The notes below the pieces were generated by a model, which did no database searches, was not told the DNA's origin, and worked only from the letters and a program-made list of their open reading frames with translations. A stretch of 64,000 nucleotides of DNA, taken from NCBI GenBank assembly GCA_965247095.1, contig OZ251997.1, positions 4,192,001 to 4,256,000 of the forward strand, in the 5' to 3' direction. The first letter of the stretch is position 1. Each line of letters begins with the position of its first letter. The translations under genes and the position numbers were made by a program. This DNA is from Candidatus Multivorans sp. (GTDB taxonomy: Bacteria > Acidobacteriota > Thermoanaerobaculia > Multivoradales > Multivoraceae). This document shows, in pieces, positions 1 through 9,905 of the stretch.

Positions 1-41
1 CCTGAACCGCGCGCCGCGCGGAATCCGTGGAGGTCTAAGCC

Positions 42-1871
42 ATGCTGTTGTCCTCGCTCCGTTTTCGCACCTCGCATCTCGCGTTACCGGCCGCCGCCGC
101 TGCGGTCGCCCTTCTCCTGGCCGGCTGCGCCGGTGAGCCCCGCCCCTCGGCGGCCGAGTTCACCGCCGCTGCCGACGAGGCCGTGCTGAGCAACAGCTAC
201 AACCTGAGCCGGGCCCAGTGGGTGCAGGCGACCTACATCAACGACGACACGAACGCGTTGGCGGCCCGCGCCAGCGCCAGCTTCCTGGGCCGGATGGTCG
301 AGTTCGCGAAGGAGGCGGCGACCTACGATGCCGAGGGCGAAGCCGAGGACGTGGGACGGAAGCTCGGTCTGCTGCGGAGCGGCCTGACCCTGGCCGCTCC
401 CGCCGACGAGGCGAAGCTGACCGAGCTGACCGAGATCACGACCCGGATGGAAGCGATCTATGGCTCGGGCAAACACTGCCCGGATGGTCCGAACACCGAC
501 ACCTGCCGTTCTCTCGGCGACCTGGAGGACGTGATCGACAACAGCCGGGACGCCGATGCGCTGCTCGACGCCTGGGAGGGTTGGCGGACGATCTCGCTGC
601 CGATGCGCGCCGACTACCAACGCTTCGTCGAGCTCTCGAACGAGGGTGCGCAGAGTCTCGGCTACCCCGACACGGGTGCGATGTGGCGGTCGAAGTACGA
701 CCTGCCGCCGGACGACTTCGCGGCCGAGGTCGACCGCCTCTGGGATCAGGTCAAGCCGCTCTACGACGACCTGCAGTGCCACGTCCGGGCGGAGCTCTCG
801 GACCACTACGGAGCGGACGTCGTCGATCCGGCCGGGCCGATTCCGGCCCACGTCCTGGGCAACATGTGGGCGCAGACGTGGTCGAACGTCTACGACCTGG
901 TGGCGCCGCCGGCCGCGGACCCCGGTTACGACCTGACCGAGATCCTCCAGAGCCGGGGGACTTCGGAGATCGAGATGGTCGAGATGGCCGAGGGCTTCTT
1001 CACCTCGCTGGGGATGGAGTCGCTGCCGGACACGTTCTGGGACCGTTCGCAGTTCGTGAAGCCGCGGGACCGCGAGGTCGTCTGCCACGCCAGTGCCTGG
1101 CAGCTCGACCTGGACGAGGACGTGCGGATCAAGATGTGCATCGACATCAACGCCGAGGACTTCTCGACCATCCACCACGAACTGGGTCACAACTACTACC
1201 AGCTCGGCTACCGGAACCAGGCGCCGCTGTTCCGGGACAGCGCCAACGACGGTTTCCACGAGGCCCTGGGCGACACGATCGCCCTGTCGGTGACGCCGGG
1301 CTACCTGGTCGACATCGTGCTGCTGGACGAGGAGCCGTCGGCGGACGCCGACCTCGGTCTGCTGATGCAGATGGCGCTGGACAAAGTGGCCTTCCTCCCC
1401 TTCGGCCTGCTGATCGATCGCTGGCGCTGGGCCGTGTTCTCGGGTGAGACCCCGCCGGAGGAGTACAACGCCGCCTGGTGGCGTCTGCGCGAGCAGTACC
1501 AGGGCGTCGGGGCGGCGAGCGCGCGCACCGAGGAGCACTTCGACCCGGGCGCCAAGTACCACGTTCCGGGCAACACGCCCTACACTCGCTACTTCCTGGC
1601 CCACATCCTCCAGTTCCAGTTGCATCGCGATCTGTGCGCGGCGATCGGTTACGAGGGGCCGCTGCACCGCTGCTCGATCTACGGCAACGAGGAGGCGGGC
1701 CGGCGCCTGAGCGAGATGATGGCGATGGGCCTGAGCCGTCCGTGGCCGGATGCTCTCGAGGTCGCCACCGGCAGCCGCGACATGGACGCGACGGCGATCC
1801 TCGACTACTTCGCGCCCCTGGCCGAGTGGCTGAAGGAGCAGAACGAGGGCCGGACCTGCGGCTGGAGTTGA
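42..1871 (+). CDS. M2 family metallopeptidase (ACE-like peptidyl-dipeptidase), probable lipoprotein
   Basis: HHELGH zinc motif, GFHEALGD, HVLGNMWAQTW and FDPGAKYHVP motifs; lipobox LLAGC. Confidence 0.93.
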   Translation: MLLSSLRFRTSHLALPAAAAAVALLLAGCAGEPRPSAAEFTAAADEAVLSNSYNLSRAQWVQATYINDDTNALAARASASFLGRMVEFAKEAATYDAEGEAEDVGRKLGLLRSGLTLAAPADEAKLTELTEITTRMEAIYGSGKHCPDGPNTDTCRSLGDLEDVIDNSRDADALLDAWEGWRTISLPMRADYQRFVELSNEGAQSLGYPDTGAMWRSKYDLPPDDFAAEVDRLWDQVKPLYDDLQCHVRAELSDHYGADVVDPAGPIPAHVLGNMWAQTWSNVYDLVAPPAADPGYDLTEILQSRGTSEIEMVEMAEGFFTSLGMESLPDTFWDRSQFVKPRDREVVCHASAWQLDLDEDVRIKMCIDINAEDFSTIHHELGHNYYQLGYRNQAPLFRDSANDGFHEALGDTIALSVTPGYLVDIVLLDEEPSADADLGLLMQMALDKVAFLPFGLLIDRWRWAVFSGETPPEEYNAAWWRLREQYQGVGAASARTEEHFDPGAKYHVPGNTPYTRYFLAHILQFQLHRDLCAAIGYEGPLHRCSIYGNEEAGRRLSEMMAMGLSRPWPDALEVATGSRDMDATAILDYFAPLAEWLKEQNEGRTCGWS

Positions 1872-1872
1872 C

Positions 1873-1895
1873 CGGGCGTCTCGCCCGCATCCGGC
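1873..1895 (+). repeat. REP-like palindrome, family 1 (partial)
   Basis: cgggcgtctcgcccgcatccggc. Confidence 0.75.
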
Positions 1896-1914
1896 TTGAC
1901 CGTCTGACGCCCCC

Positions 1915-2697
1915 ATGTTGATCGCCACCTGGAACATCAACGGCCTGGGCGCGCGCTTCGACTTCCTCGTCCACTGGCTCAAGGCGCGGCAGCCGGATGT
2001 CGTCGGCCTCCAGGAACTGAAGGCGACGGCGGATCACTTCCCCCGGCAGGCGCTCGAGGATCTCGGGTATCAGGCGGCGGTGTGCGGCCAGAAGGCGTGG
2101 AACGGCGTGGCCGTGCTCTCTCGTCATCCGATCGAGGAGGTCCAGTCGGGGCTCCCGGGCGAGGAGGAGGCCGGCGCCCGCCTGATGCGGGTGCGGACAG
2201 CGGGCCTCGACTTCACGACCGTGTATTGCCCGAACGGCAAGGACATCGATCACCTGGACTATCCCCGCAAGCTGGCCTGGTTCGACTCGCTCCGGGACTA
2301 CTTCCACGGTTCGCTCGGCGCGGATGAGCCGGCGGTTCTCTGCGGCGACTTCAACATCGCGCCGACCCGCCTCGACACCCACGACGAGGAGCGGCTGGCC
2401 GGCGGCATCCACCACACGGAGGCGGAGCGGGCGAGATACCGGGCATTGCTCGATCTAGGGTTCGTCGACCTGTGCCGGGAACTCCATCCGGACACGGTCA
2501 AGTTCTCGTGGTGGGACTACCGCTTCGGCGCTTTCCACCGGAATCTCGGTCTGCGGATCGACTTCCTCCTGGCGACTGAGCCTGTCCGAGCCCGAGTGGA
2601 GCATGTCGAGACCGATCGGGACTACCGCAAGAAGAAGGACGGCCTGATCGCCTCCGATCACGCGCCGGTGATCGCGCGTCTGCGGAACTGGCGATAA
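1915..2697 (+). CDS. xth: Exodeoxyribonuclease III / AP endonuclease
   Basis: IATWNING, GLQELK, CGDFNIAP, FSWWDYR, GLRIDF and SDHAPV motifs. Confidence 0.93.
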   Translation: MLIATWNINGLGARFDFLVHWLKARQPDVVGLQELKATADHFPRQALEDLGYQAAVCGQKAWNGVAVLSRHPIEEVQSGLPGEEEAGARLMRVRTAGLDFTTVYCPNGKDIDHLDYPRKLAWFDSLRDYFHGSLGADEPAVLCGDFNIAPTRLDTHDEERLAGGIHHTEAERARYRALLDLGFVDLCRELHPDTVKFSWWDYRFGAFHRNLGLRIDFLLATEPVRARVEHVETDRDYRKKKDGLIASDHAPVIARLRNWR

Positions 2698-2715
2698 CGG
2701 TCCTGGGCCGGCCGC

Positions 2716-3213
2716 CTACACGACGGCGGCCCGCTTCGGCGTAGCGAACCAGGCCAGTCTGCCGCAATAGGGCTCGACCTCGCTCCACGAGTCGACATCG
2801 AGATGGAGGCATGCCAGGGCCGCGGTGACGAATCGGGGCGGATCGTCGCCGGTCAGTCGGCGGACAAGCTCGGCGGAGGTGGGTTGGTGGCCGACGAGAA
2901 GTAATGAGTTCGCGTCGTCAGGCTGCTCGCGCAGCAGGTCGATGGCCGATCCGGGCGAGGCCAGGTAAAGCGCCGGCGCCAGGATCGTCGTGCGGTTCCA
3001 GTTGCCGGCCGCCACGGCCAGCTCGATCGTCTGCCGCGTACGCAGGGCCGACGAACAGAGGATCCGGTCGGGCAGTTCCCGTCGTTCGGCGACAAGGCGG
3101 CCCATCGTCTTGGCGGCCGCGATGCCGCGCGGATTCAGGGGCCGGTCGCGGTCCACGCCGTAGGTTGCACTCCAGTCCGACTTGGCGTGGCGAAGAACGT
3201 ACAGGATTCGCAC
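2716..3213 (-). CDS. sixA: SixA-like histidine phosphatase
   Basis: LRHAKSDW...DRPLNPRG, CSSALRTRQT and LVGHQP motifs; start trimmed to GTG at 3213. Confidence 0.85.
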   Translation of the reverse strand: MRILYVLRHAKSDWSATYGVDRDRPLNPRGIAAAKTMGRLVAERRELPDRILCSSALRTRQTIELAVAAGNWNRTTILAPALYLASPGSAIDLLREQPDDANSLLLVGHQPTSAELVRRLTGDDPPRFVTAALACLHLDVDSWSEVEPYCGRLAWFATPKRAAVV

Positions 3214-3335
3214 GGTTGAGCGTGACGGTAGCAAGATCGTCGACCGCCCGCGCGCGTGTGTCATGGACACACCCGCCCGGGACCGGTGCGCCGTCCCGCG
3301 TGTGTCATTCTCTGAGCATGCAGAGAGCGGATTCA

Positions 3336-4748
3336 ATGCGCCGGACGGCGGCAGTCGCGGTGTGCGGTCTGGTTCTTGCGGCTGCCGCCGGGGGGCAAGG
3401 TGCTCCGCCTGCTTCCTCCGAGAGGGCCGCCCTGAACCTGGAGAGCTTCGACTTCGCCTGGAGGAAGATCGCCGACACCTTCTGGGACGAGGAGATGGGC
3501 GGCGTCGACTGGCAGGCCGTGGGCGACGAGCTGAGGCCGCGAGCCCGGGAAGCAGCGGACGCTCGGGAGCTGCGGGAGGTGGTCCAGGAGATGCTCTCAC
3601 GGCTGGGGCAGTCTCACTTCGGCGTCCTGCCGGGAACTCGGTCGGCGGGCGGCGGCAGAGAACCGGCGGCGAGCGACCACGGTGACGGGGCCGGCTGCAC
3701 CCCGGCGTTGATGCGGACCGTCACCGGCGACGGCGGTTCGTCCGCATCGGACGCGGGGCCGGGGTTCGAGGTTCGCTTCCTGGACCAGGTACCGGTCGTC
3801 AGCCGGGTCGAGGTTGGTTCGGCGGCCGACCGTGACGGCCTCACCTCTGGCGCCGAGCTCGTGCGGATCGGTGACCAGGGTCTCGCAGCGCTTTCCCGCT
3901 GCTTCGAGTTGGAGTCCCTCGATTCGCGGGTTGCCGACCTGGTGCGTGCGCGCGCCGTCGACGGCCTGCTCTTCGGAGCACCGGGCGATCCCGTGGAGGT
4001 GGAGTTCGCGGATGGGGCTGGCGGGCGGTTCGTGCTCGCGTTGGAGCGCGCCCACCACCCGGACGCAGTCGCAATTGGTTTCGGCAATCTGCCGCCGATG
4101 CAGTACGTGTTCGAGACCGAGGAGGTGGAGACGACCGGCGGACGAGTCCTTGCGGTGCGCTTCAACGTCTGGATGGTGCCCGTGGTCGAAGCGTTCGAAA
4201 CCGCGGTCTATGGAGACCCTGCGGCCGGCTCGTCGGCCTTCGATGGTCTGCTGATCGATCTGCGCGGCAATCCCGGCGGTGTGGCCGGCACCGCCGTCGG
4301 GATTGCGGGCTATCTGATGGAGGAGCGGGTCTCACTGGGCAGCATGTTGCACCGCGGCTCGAACCTGCGGTTGCCGGTGTACCCGCGGCGGATATCGCTT
4401 GGCAGTGAGAAACTCGAAGTGTTCGGGGGACCGGTTGCCGTACTCACTGACGGCGGCAGCGCCAGCACCAGCGAGATCTTCGCCGCCGGACTCCAGGACC
4501 ACGGCCGCGTCAGAGTGTTCGGCGAGCCCACCGCGGCGGCGGCGCTGCCGGCGGTGATCGAGAGGATGCCGAACGGCGATCTGCTGATGCACGCGATCGC
4601 GGACTTCCTTCGCCCGAACGGCGAACGGGTCGAGGGCCGGGCGGTCGTCCCCGAGTCCCTGGTTCCTCTCACGCGGGAGGGGTTGCTCTCCGGCAGGGAC
4701 GAGCCACGGGAGGCGGCTTTGGCCTGGATCGCTTCGGAGTTGGAATGA
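3336..4748 (+). CDS. S41 family C-terminal processing peptidase with PDZ domain
   Basis: Signal peptide, IDLRGNPGG, SASTSEIFAAGLQD, PDZ-like VVSRVEVGSAADRDGL; start inferred. Confidence 0.85.
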   Translation: MRRTAAVAVCGLVLAAAAGGQGAPPASSERAALNLESFDFAWRKIADTFWDEEMGGVDWQAVGDELRPRAREAADARELREVVQEMLSRLGQSHFGVLPGTRSAGGGREPAASDHGDGAGCTPALMRTVTGDGGSSASDAGPGFEVRFLDQVPVVSRVEVGSAADRDGLTSGAELVRIGDQGLAALSRCFELESLDSRVADLVRARAVDGLLFGAPGDPVEVEFADGAGGRFVLALERAHHPDAVAIGFGNLPPMQYVFETEEVETTGGRVLAVRFNVWMVPVVEAFETAVYGDPAAGSSAFDGLLIDLRGNPGGVAGTAVGIAGYLMEERVSLGSMLHRGSNLRLPVYPRRISLGSEKLEVFGGPVAVLTDGGSASTSEIFAAGLQDHGRVRVFGEPTAAAALPAVIERMPNGDLLMHAIADFLRPNGERVEGRAVVPESLVPLTREGLLSGRDEPREAALAWIASELE

Positions 4749-5338
4749 ACATCGACCTTTGGAGTGAGGGAGTTGGCCTCGGCCGGTTCGGCGCCGAGGG
4801 GGCCCTCGGACCGCCCTGGCTGTGGGTCGTGGCGGGACTGCTGCTGCTGCTGCTGGGCCGGCAGCTCTACACCGCGTTGCTGGGGTTGCTCGGCTTCTTC
4901 GTCAGTTACGGCATGCTCTCCGGTGTCGTGACCCTGCCCAGCGACATGCGCCTGGTGGTGGCGGTTGGCATCGGAATCGTCAGTGCCTTGCTCGCGTTCA
5001 TCGTGCGCAAGGTCGCTGTGGTCGTTGCGGGCGCGATGCTGGGCGCCGGCGCCGCGCTGTGGGCTTCCGGCTTCTACGGTCTCCAGGTGGAGGTGCTGTG
5101 GTGGGTGGTGACCGCGGCCGCGGCGTTGCTGGGAGCGTGGCTCCTGCGCCAGGTCTTCGAGACGGCGCTGATCGTGGTGTCGTCGTTCATCGGTGCACTG
5201 CTCATCATGGCGGCCGTGGGCCTGGAGGGGCTGCCGGCCCACGCCGGCGTCGCCGTGCTGATCGTGGTCGGGGTTGCGTTCCAGATGCGGCGTCGTCGCG
5301 GGCAGGAACGCGGCGCGAAGAAGGCGTCGGCGTCATGA
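4745..5338 (+). CDS. Multi-pass membrane protein (DUF4203-like)
   Basis: About 7 hydrophobic segments; ATGA overlap with the upstream gene. Confidence 0.6.
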   Translation: MNIDLWSEGVGLGRFGAEGALGPPWLWVVAGLLLLLLGRQLYTALLGLLGFFVSYGMLSGVVTLPSDMRLVVAVGIGIVSALLAFIVRKVAVVVAGAMLGAGAALWASGFYGLQVEVLWWVVTAAAALLGAWLLRQVFETALIVVSSFIGALLIMAAVGLEGLPAHAGVAVLIVVGVAFQMRRRRGQERGAKKASAS

Positions 5339-5769
5339 CGCGGAGAGCGTTCGGGTGCATCGTGCTGGCCGTCTTGCCGGGTGTCGGTGCCGAAGCGCAG
5401 AGTGAAGCGTCGGCCCAAACCTGCGTGGGCGATGCCACCACGCTGTGCCTGAATGGCGACCGATTTCGCGTCGCCGTCCACTGGGAGACCGAGAAGGAGT
5501 CCGGCGACGGAGAGGCGGTGGAACTCACCGGCGACACCGGCTACTTCTGGTTCTTCAGCGAGAACAACGTCGAGGTCGTGATCAAGGTGCTGAACGGCTG
5601 CGCGATCGGCGATGGCGCCTACTGGGTCTTCATCGGCGGCCTGACGGACGTCCGCGTCGAACTCGAAGTCGAGGATGTCGAAGCCGGCGAGTCGAAGACG
5701 TACGTCAACGAAGCCGGGACGCTGTTCGTGCCGGTGACCGACACGACGGCGTTCTCGACCTGCGACTGA
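5335..5769 (+). CDS. Small secreted protein consisting of one Cys-flanked beta domain of unknown function
   Basis: Signal peptide, then CVGDATTLCLNGDRFRVAVHW...GYFWFFSENNVEVVIKVLNGC...YWVF; the same domain occurs twice in 18320-22195. Confidence 0.75.
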   Translation: MTRRAFGCIVLAVLPGVGAEAQSEASAQTCVGDATTLCLNGDRFRVAVHWETEKESGDGEAVELTGDTGYFWFFSENNVEVVIKVLNGCAIGDGAYWVFIGGLTDVRVELEVEDVEAGESKTYVNEAGTLFVPVTDTTAFSTCD

Positions 5770-5876
5770 CCCGGCTGGCGGTCGTCGGGCTTGCGGGAAG
5801 GTCTGCGGGTCGGAGCGACGCAGTTCCATCTGCGGTAGAGAGGCTCACCCCCTGAGCCCGAGAGCCCTTAGTTGGC

Positions 5877-7091
5877 TCAGTCGTTCGATGTCGTGAGCGC
5901 CAGACTTCCCGGGCCCGTTGCGGTGACGGTCTTGGCGGCGGCGGGCAGCAGCGCGGCCTCGCCGGGGTGCAGAAGCTGGGCGCCGAGGGCGTTGCGCACC
6001 TCGATCTCTCCTTCGAGGGCGAGGACGATGCGGGCGCGACCGTCGGAGTGGAGCGGTGCTTCGCCGTGGCCGCCGATCTGGAGGAAGTCCAACCGGAAGT
6101 CGTCGACCGGTGGTTGGAAGCCGGATCGCCTGCCCCAGGGCTGTTCGTCGACTCGGGGCTTCATCAGGGCGCCGTCAGCGGTTTCGTAGACGAGGATGTC
6201 GAGCAGTTCTCCGGCATCGACGCGCTTGGAGGTCAGACCGAGGCGGAGCACGTTGTCGGAGCTCGCCATGACCTCGAGTGCGGAACCCTCCAGGTAACTG
6301 TGGGGTACGCCGGGTCCGGTGAAGAGAGCTTCTCCGGGATCGAGGCGAATCAGGCGCAGGAAGAGCGGCGCGACGACCAGGGGGTCGTCCGGGTGGTGCG
6401 TGGCGATGCGGACGACCCAGTGCATTGCCTCCCGGCAGGAGGGGGCGCCCTCGGTCGAGGGGCGGCGGGCTGCATCGACGGCGGCGGAGGCGAGATCGGT
6501 CCCGGTGTGCCGGTAGAGCGCTTCGAGCAGCGGTCGATAGGCGGCGGCGCCCTCGGATGCGAGCCGTTGGATGTCCGGCCGGAGCTGTTCGACGCCGAGG
6601 GCGGCCAGGAGCTGGGCTGCCTCAGCGGCAGGCCGGAAGCCGGAAAGGGCGGAGAACGGCGTGAGTGCGTAGAGGAGCTCCGGTTTGTGGTTCTGGTCGC
6701 GGTAGTTGCGGTCCGTGACTGCGACCGGATGGGCGCCCGTTGTCTCGGCGGCGAATCCGCGGACGGCCTGCTCGCGGTTGGGGTGGGCCTGGATCGACAG
6801 GGGCCGGGCGGCGGAGAGGATCTTGGTCAGAAAGGGCAGGGTGGCGCCGATCGCGCCGGGGCCGAGAACCTCGTCCTGTCGGTCGGCGATGACGCGGTCG
6901 AGGGGAACCGGATTTGGGCAGGAGAGAACGACGCCGGCCGGCGCCTCGGCGTGGGCGCCGAACCACAGTTCGGCTTCCGGCCGTCCCGTGGGTTCGCGGC
7001 CGCAGAGACGCGGGATGAAGTCGGCCGTGCCCCAGTCGTAGTGACGAACCTGGGGGATGAGCTGCAGGGGGCGGTCGAGCGGCGTGCTCAC
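5877..7091 (-). CDS. manA: Mannose-6-phosphate isomerase, class I
   Basis: YDWG, AELWFGAH, LSIQAHP, NYRDQNHKPEL, PHSYLEG and EVMASSDNVLRLGLT motifs. Confidence 0.95.
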   Translation of the reverse strand: MSTPLDRPLQLIPQVRHYDWGTADFIPRLCGREPTGRPEAELWFGAHAEAPAGVVLSCPNPVPLDRVIADRQDEVLGPGAIGATLPFLTKILSAARPLSIQAHPNREQAVRGFAAETTGAHPVAVTDRNYRDQNHKPELLYALTPFSALSGFRPAAEAAQLLAALGVEQLRPDIQRLASEGAAAYRPLLEALYRHTGTDLASAAVDAARRPSTEGAPSCREAMHWVVRIATHHPDDPLVVAPLFLRLIRLDPGEALFTGPGVPHSYLEGSALEVMASSDNVLRLGLTSKRVDAGELLDILVYETADGALMKPRVDEQPWGRRSGFQPPVDDFRLDFLQIGGHGEAPLHSDGRARIVLALEGEIEVRNALGAQLLHPGEAALLPAAAKTVTATGPGSLALTTSND

Positions 7092-7741
7092 CGGCGCGCC
7101 GCCTCATGGGTCCACGAACGGGCGTCGGCTTCGGTATCGACATCCTCAAGGGGCGCCGGCGAATCGAGTTCCACCTCCTGAATGTGCTCGGCCAACGGGT
7201 CGAGGAGCGGACGGGCCCCCTGGTCGCCGCGGAGACGCTCAAGGCGCGGGAACCACTGCCGCCCGAAGGTGACGGGCGCGCCGCGGCGGCCGTGGAAGGT
7301 CGGCACGACGATCGAGGCGGGTCCGTCGAACGCGTCGAGCAGCTTGTCGATGACCGCCGCGTCGAGCCCCGGCTGGTCCACGGCGAGGAACATCGCGCCG
7401 TCGGCGTCGGCCGGGACCGCGGCCAGACCGCGACGCACCGACCCGCTCTGGCCGGCGGCATAGTCGGAATTGTGGACCGCCAGCAGGTCGAGGTCGGCAA
7501 CCTCGGCGCCTATCCGCCGCTCCGCGTGGCCGGTGACCAGGATGACATCCGCCAGGTTGGAGGCGAGCGCTTCGCGGCAGACGCGCCGCACCAGAGTTTC
7601 GCCGTCGATGCGGTAGAGCTGCTTCGGCTCTGCCGCACCGGTGACCTTCGTCCTGGGAACGCGGGCATCCTGCCCGCATCCGACCTCGAACCGGGTGGAG
7701 AGCCCGGCGGCGAGAATCACGCCGGAGACCGAGCCGGTCAT
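7088..7741 (-). CDS. Molybdenum cofactor cytidylyltransferase-like (MocA family) nucleotidyltransferase
   Basis: GVILAAGLSTRF, PKQL, AVDQP, GDQGAR and DVDT motifs; carries an in-frame palindromic repeat at 7652-7682. Confidence 0.85.
   Translation of the reverse strand: MTGSVSGVILAAGLSTRFEVGCGQDARVPRTKVTGAAEPKQLYRIDGETLVRRVCREALASNLADVILVTGHAERRIGAEVADLDLLAVHNSDYAAGQSGSVRRGLAAVPADADGAMFLAVDQPGLDAAVIDKLLDAFDGPASIVVPTFHGRRGAPVTFGRQWFPRLERLRGDQGARPLLDPLAEHIQEVELDSPAPLEDVDTEADARSWTHEAARR
7652..7682 (+). repeat. REP-like palindrome, family 1, inside the MocA-like CDS
   Basis: cctgggaacgcgggcatcctgcccgcatccg. Confidence 0.8.
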
Positions 7742-8466
7742 CGGCCTGACGCCGGCCGGCTGCTTCTTACCGCGACGAGTTCGGCGGCGATGGCGAGAGC
7801 GATCTCCTCGGGCTTGCGGCCGCCGATGTCGAGGCCGATCGGCGCGTGGATGCGATCGATCAGGTCCGGCGACAGGCCGGCCCCGGTGAGGGCTCTGACC
7901 CGCTTTGCGTGGGTTCGCTTCGAACCCAGGGCGCCGACGTAGCGGACACCGGCTTCGAGCGCCACCTGGAGCGCCGGGTTGTCGAGCTTTTCGTCGTGGG
8001 TCAGGAAGACGCAGAAGGTGTTGGCGTGCAGCGGCACTTGCGCCAGGTAGTCGGCCGGCCACTCAACGACGAGCTCGTCGGCGTGGGGAAAGCGCTCGGC
8101 GGTGGCGAAGGTCGAGCGGGCGTCGACGACCACAGTGCGGAACCCGAGTTGGCGCGCGAAGTGGACCAGGTGGATCGCTACGTGGACCGCGCCGACGATG
8201 AACAACTGCGGCAGCGGCTCGAAGGTCTCGACGAAGACCTCCGCCCCTTCGATCTCGCGCAGACCCGTGGGCGGAAGGGCTTCGCCGTTGGCCAGGGCGG
8301 TGGCGGCGCGGTCGAGATCGGGGTCGCCCAGGGTTCCTTGGGACCGTCCCTGGTCGGGCCACACGAGCAGGCGGGCGCCCAAGCCGGCGCCGCCGGCCTG
8401 GGTGAAGGACACCACCCGGTCGCCCGCCAGCAGGGACCGGCGCAGGGACTCGAAGCGGGAGCTCAT
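7738..8466 (-). CDS. XdhC/CoxF family Moco insertion factor, C-terminal Rossmann part
   Basis: LFIVGAVHVA, THDEKLD, YVGALGSKRT and IHAPIGLDIGGRKPEEIALAI motifs. Confidence 0.88.
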   Translation of the reverse strand: MSSRFESLRRSLLAGDRVVSFTQAGGAGLGARLLVWPDQGRSQGTLGDPDLDRAATALANGEALPPTGLREIEGAEVFVETFEPLPQLFIVGAVHVAIHLVHFARQLGFRTVVVDARSTFATAERFPHADELVVEWPADYLAQVPLHANTFCVFLTHDEKLDNPALQVALEAGVRYVGALGSKRTHAKRVRALTGAGLSPDLIDRIHAPIGLDIGGRKPEEIALAIAAELVAVRSSRPASGR

Positions 8467-8492
8467 CGGTGCGTGCTCTTGGCCGCTGGGTC

Positions 8493-8807
8493 TCAGCCGT
8501 CGATGCGTTCGACCAGCACCTCGACCTCGCCGCCGCAGGTGAGGCCCACCGACCACGCCTGCTCGTCCGAGATGCCGTAGCTAAGCCGCTTCGGCCGGCC
8601 GTCATGGAGCACCGACTGCGCCTCTTGGAACACGGCGCCTTCGATGCAGCCGCCGCTGACCGAGCCGGCGATGCTGCCCTGTTCCGACACCGCCATCTTC
8701 GATCCCAGCGGTCTGGGCGAGGAGCCGACGGTGCGAATCACCGTGGCGACGGCAACCTTCTGGCCTTCAGCGCGCCAGCGGTCCAGGTCGGGGAGGATGT
8801 CCAGCAC
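8493..8807 (-). CDS. XdhC/CoxF family N-terminal domain protein
   Basis: ATVIRTVGSSPRPLGSKM, GSVSGGCIEG and GLTCGG motifs. Confidence 0.9.
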   Translation of the reverse strand: MLDILPDLDRWRAEGQKVAVATVIRTVGSSPRPLGSKMAVSEQGSIAGSVSGGCIEGAVFQEAQSVLHDGRPKRLSYGISDEQAWSVGLTCGGEVEVLVERIDG

Positions 8808-8866
8808 TGAGGGGATTCTACCGCCTGGAGGTCCGGCGCTATAGTGCCGCGAGGAGGTAGAGGACG

Positions 8867-9631
8867 ATGACGATGCGGAGACGCTGGAACTGTGTTTTCG
8901 GAGCAGCCGCTGTGCTGCTGGTGGCGTTCCTTTCCGGCTGTGCGGCGCCCGAGGCGGAACCGGTTGCGGCCGAGGCGGCGCCGGCTAGCGCCCGAAACCA
9001 GCCAGGAACCGAGATGGGGCTCTACGAGCCGGAGCAGCACGAGCTGTACGACGGCCGCTTCGTGATCACCGGCAGCAACGTCCACCAGGTCGGCAGCCTG
9101 GACGACGAATCGCCCTGGGACCACATGGGCGACGATGCCAGCAACGTGGCCCCGGTGGGCGGCGCGATCACGATCGACGTCGACGAGATCGCGAACACCG
9201 GCACGTTCCGCGCCGAGTTGCAACTTCCCGAGGGCGACTATGTGGTGGAACTCGACCGCTTCCACGAGTTCTCCGAGTGCCAGGACGGAGGCATCGCGGC
9301 CTACCTGTTCGAGCACGGCGATGCCGGTTGCGGCGATTCGAACTGGCCCAAGAGCCTGCTCTACGTGGCCGGTTGGGGCTACGGCCGCGGAACGCTGAAC
9401 GGCGAGGAGCTGTACGGCGAGTACCAGATCCACTTCATGGTCACCCAGGGCATGCGCGACCGCGAGTCGCTGCAGGTGCAGCTCGAGCCGACGGATGGCT
9501 CGGCCGGGGCGGTCAACCCGGCCGCGCAGCAGTTGGACTTCTACATCCGCAGCCCTGAGAACAACGACGCGAACCACCCCAACCGCGAGGTCTTCGACCA
9601 CTTCTTCGCGATGGCGGTGACCTGGCAGTAA
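8867..9631 (+). CDS. Hypothetical lipoprotein
   Basis: GAGGAGG/GAGG RBS, lipobox FLSGC, acidic protein with coding-like codon usage. Confidence 0.75.
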   Translation: MTMRRRWNCVFGAAAVLLVAFLSGCAAPEAEPVAAEAAPASARNQPGTEMGLYEPEQHELYDGRFVITGSNVHQVGSLDDESPWDHMGDDASNVAPVGGAITIDVDEIANTGTFRAELQLPEGDYVVELDRFHEFSECQDGGIAAYLFEHGDAGCGDSNWPKSLLYVAGWGYGRGTLNGEELYGEYQIHFMVTQGMRDRESLQVQLEPTDGSAGAVNPAAQQLDFYIRSPENNDANHPNREVFDHFFAMAVTWQ

Positions 9632-9679
9632 CGGCTGCTCGTCGGCTGGAGCGGCGGCGAGTCGGCGGCGATTGCACAC

Positions 9680-9856
9680 GCCCGGCCGGGAAGCGGAGGG
9701 GAGGGTCCCAGCGGCCGTGAGCGCTTGTTCGGATGGCAGGGGGTTGGGCGCTCACTCCACTACGCTCGCTCCGGTTCGGTGTCGGTGGTTGAGGGGGCAC
9801 CGGGCGTCGCTCGCTTCGAGTCCGCTGGGACCCTCCCCTCCGCTCCCCGACCGGGC
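9680..9856. repeat. MITE-like palindromic element, copy 1 (35-bp terminal inverted repeats, 33/35 match)
   Basis: gcccggccgggaagcggaggggagggtcccagcgg ... ccgctgggaccctcccctccgctccccgaccgggc; inverted homologue at 11183-11358. Confidence 0.8.
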
Positions 9857-9905
9857 TGGATGTCGTCGGCTTGGCCACGGGAATGCTGGGCGTCCGGATC
9901 AAGGG

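Noticed and set aside
84-1982. Long antisense ORFs mirroring real genes throughout the window
   Set aside because: Stop-poor reverse frames are expected at this GC content, and they contain no recognisable motifs
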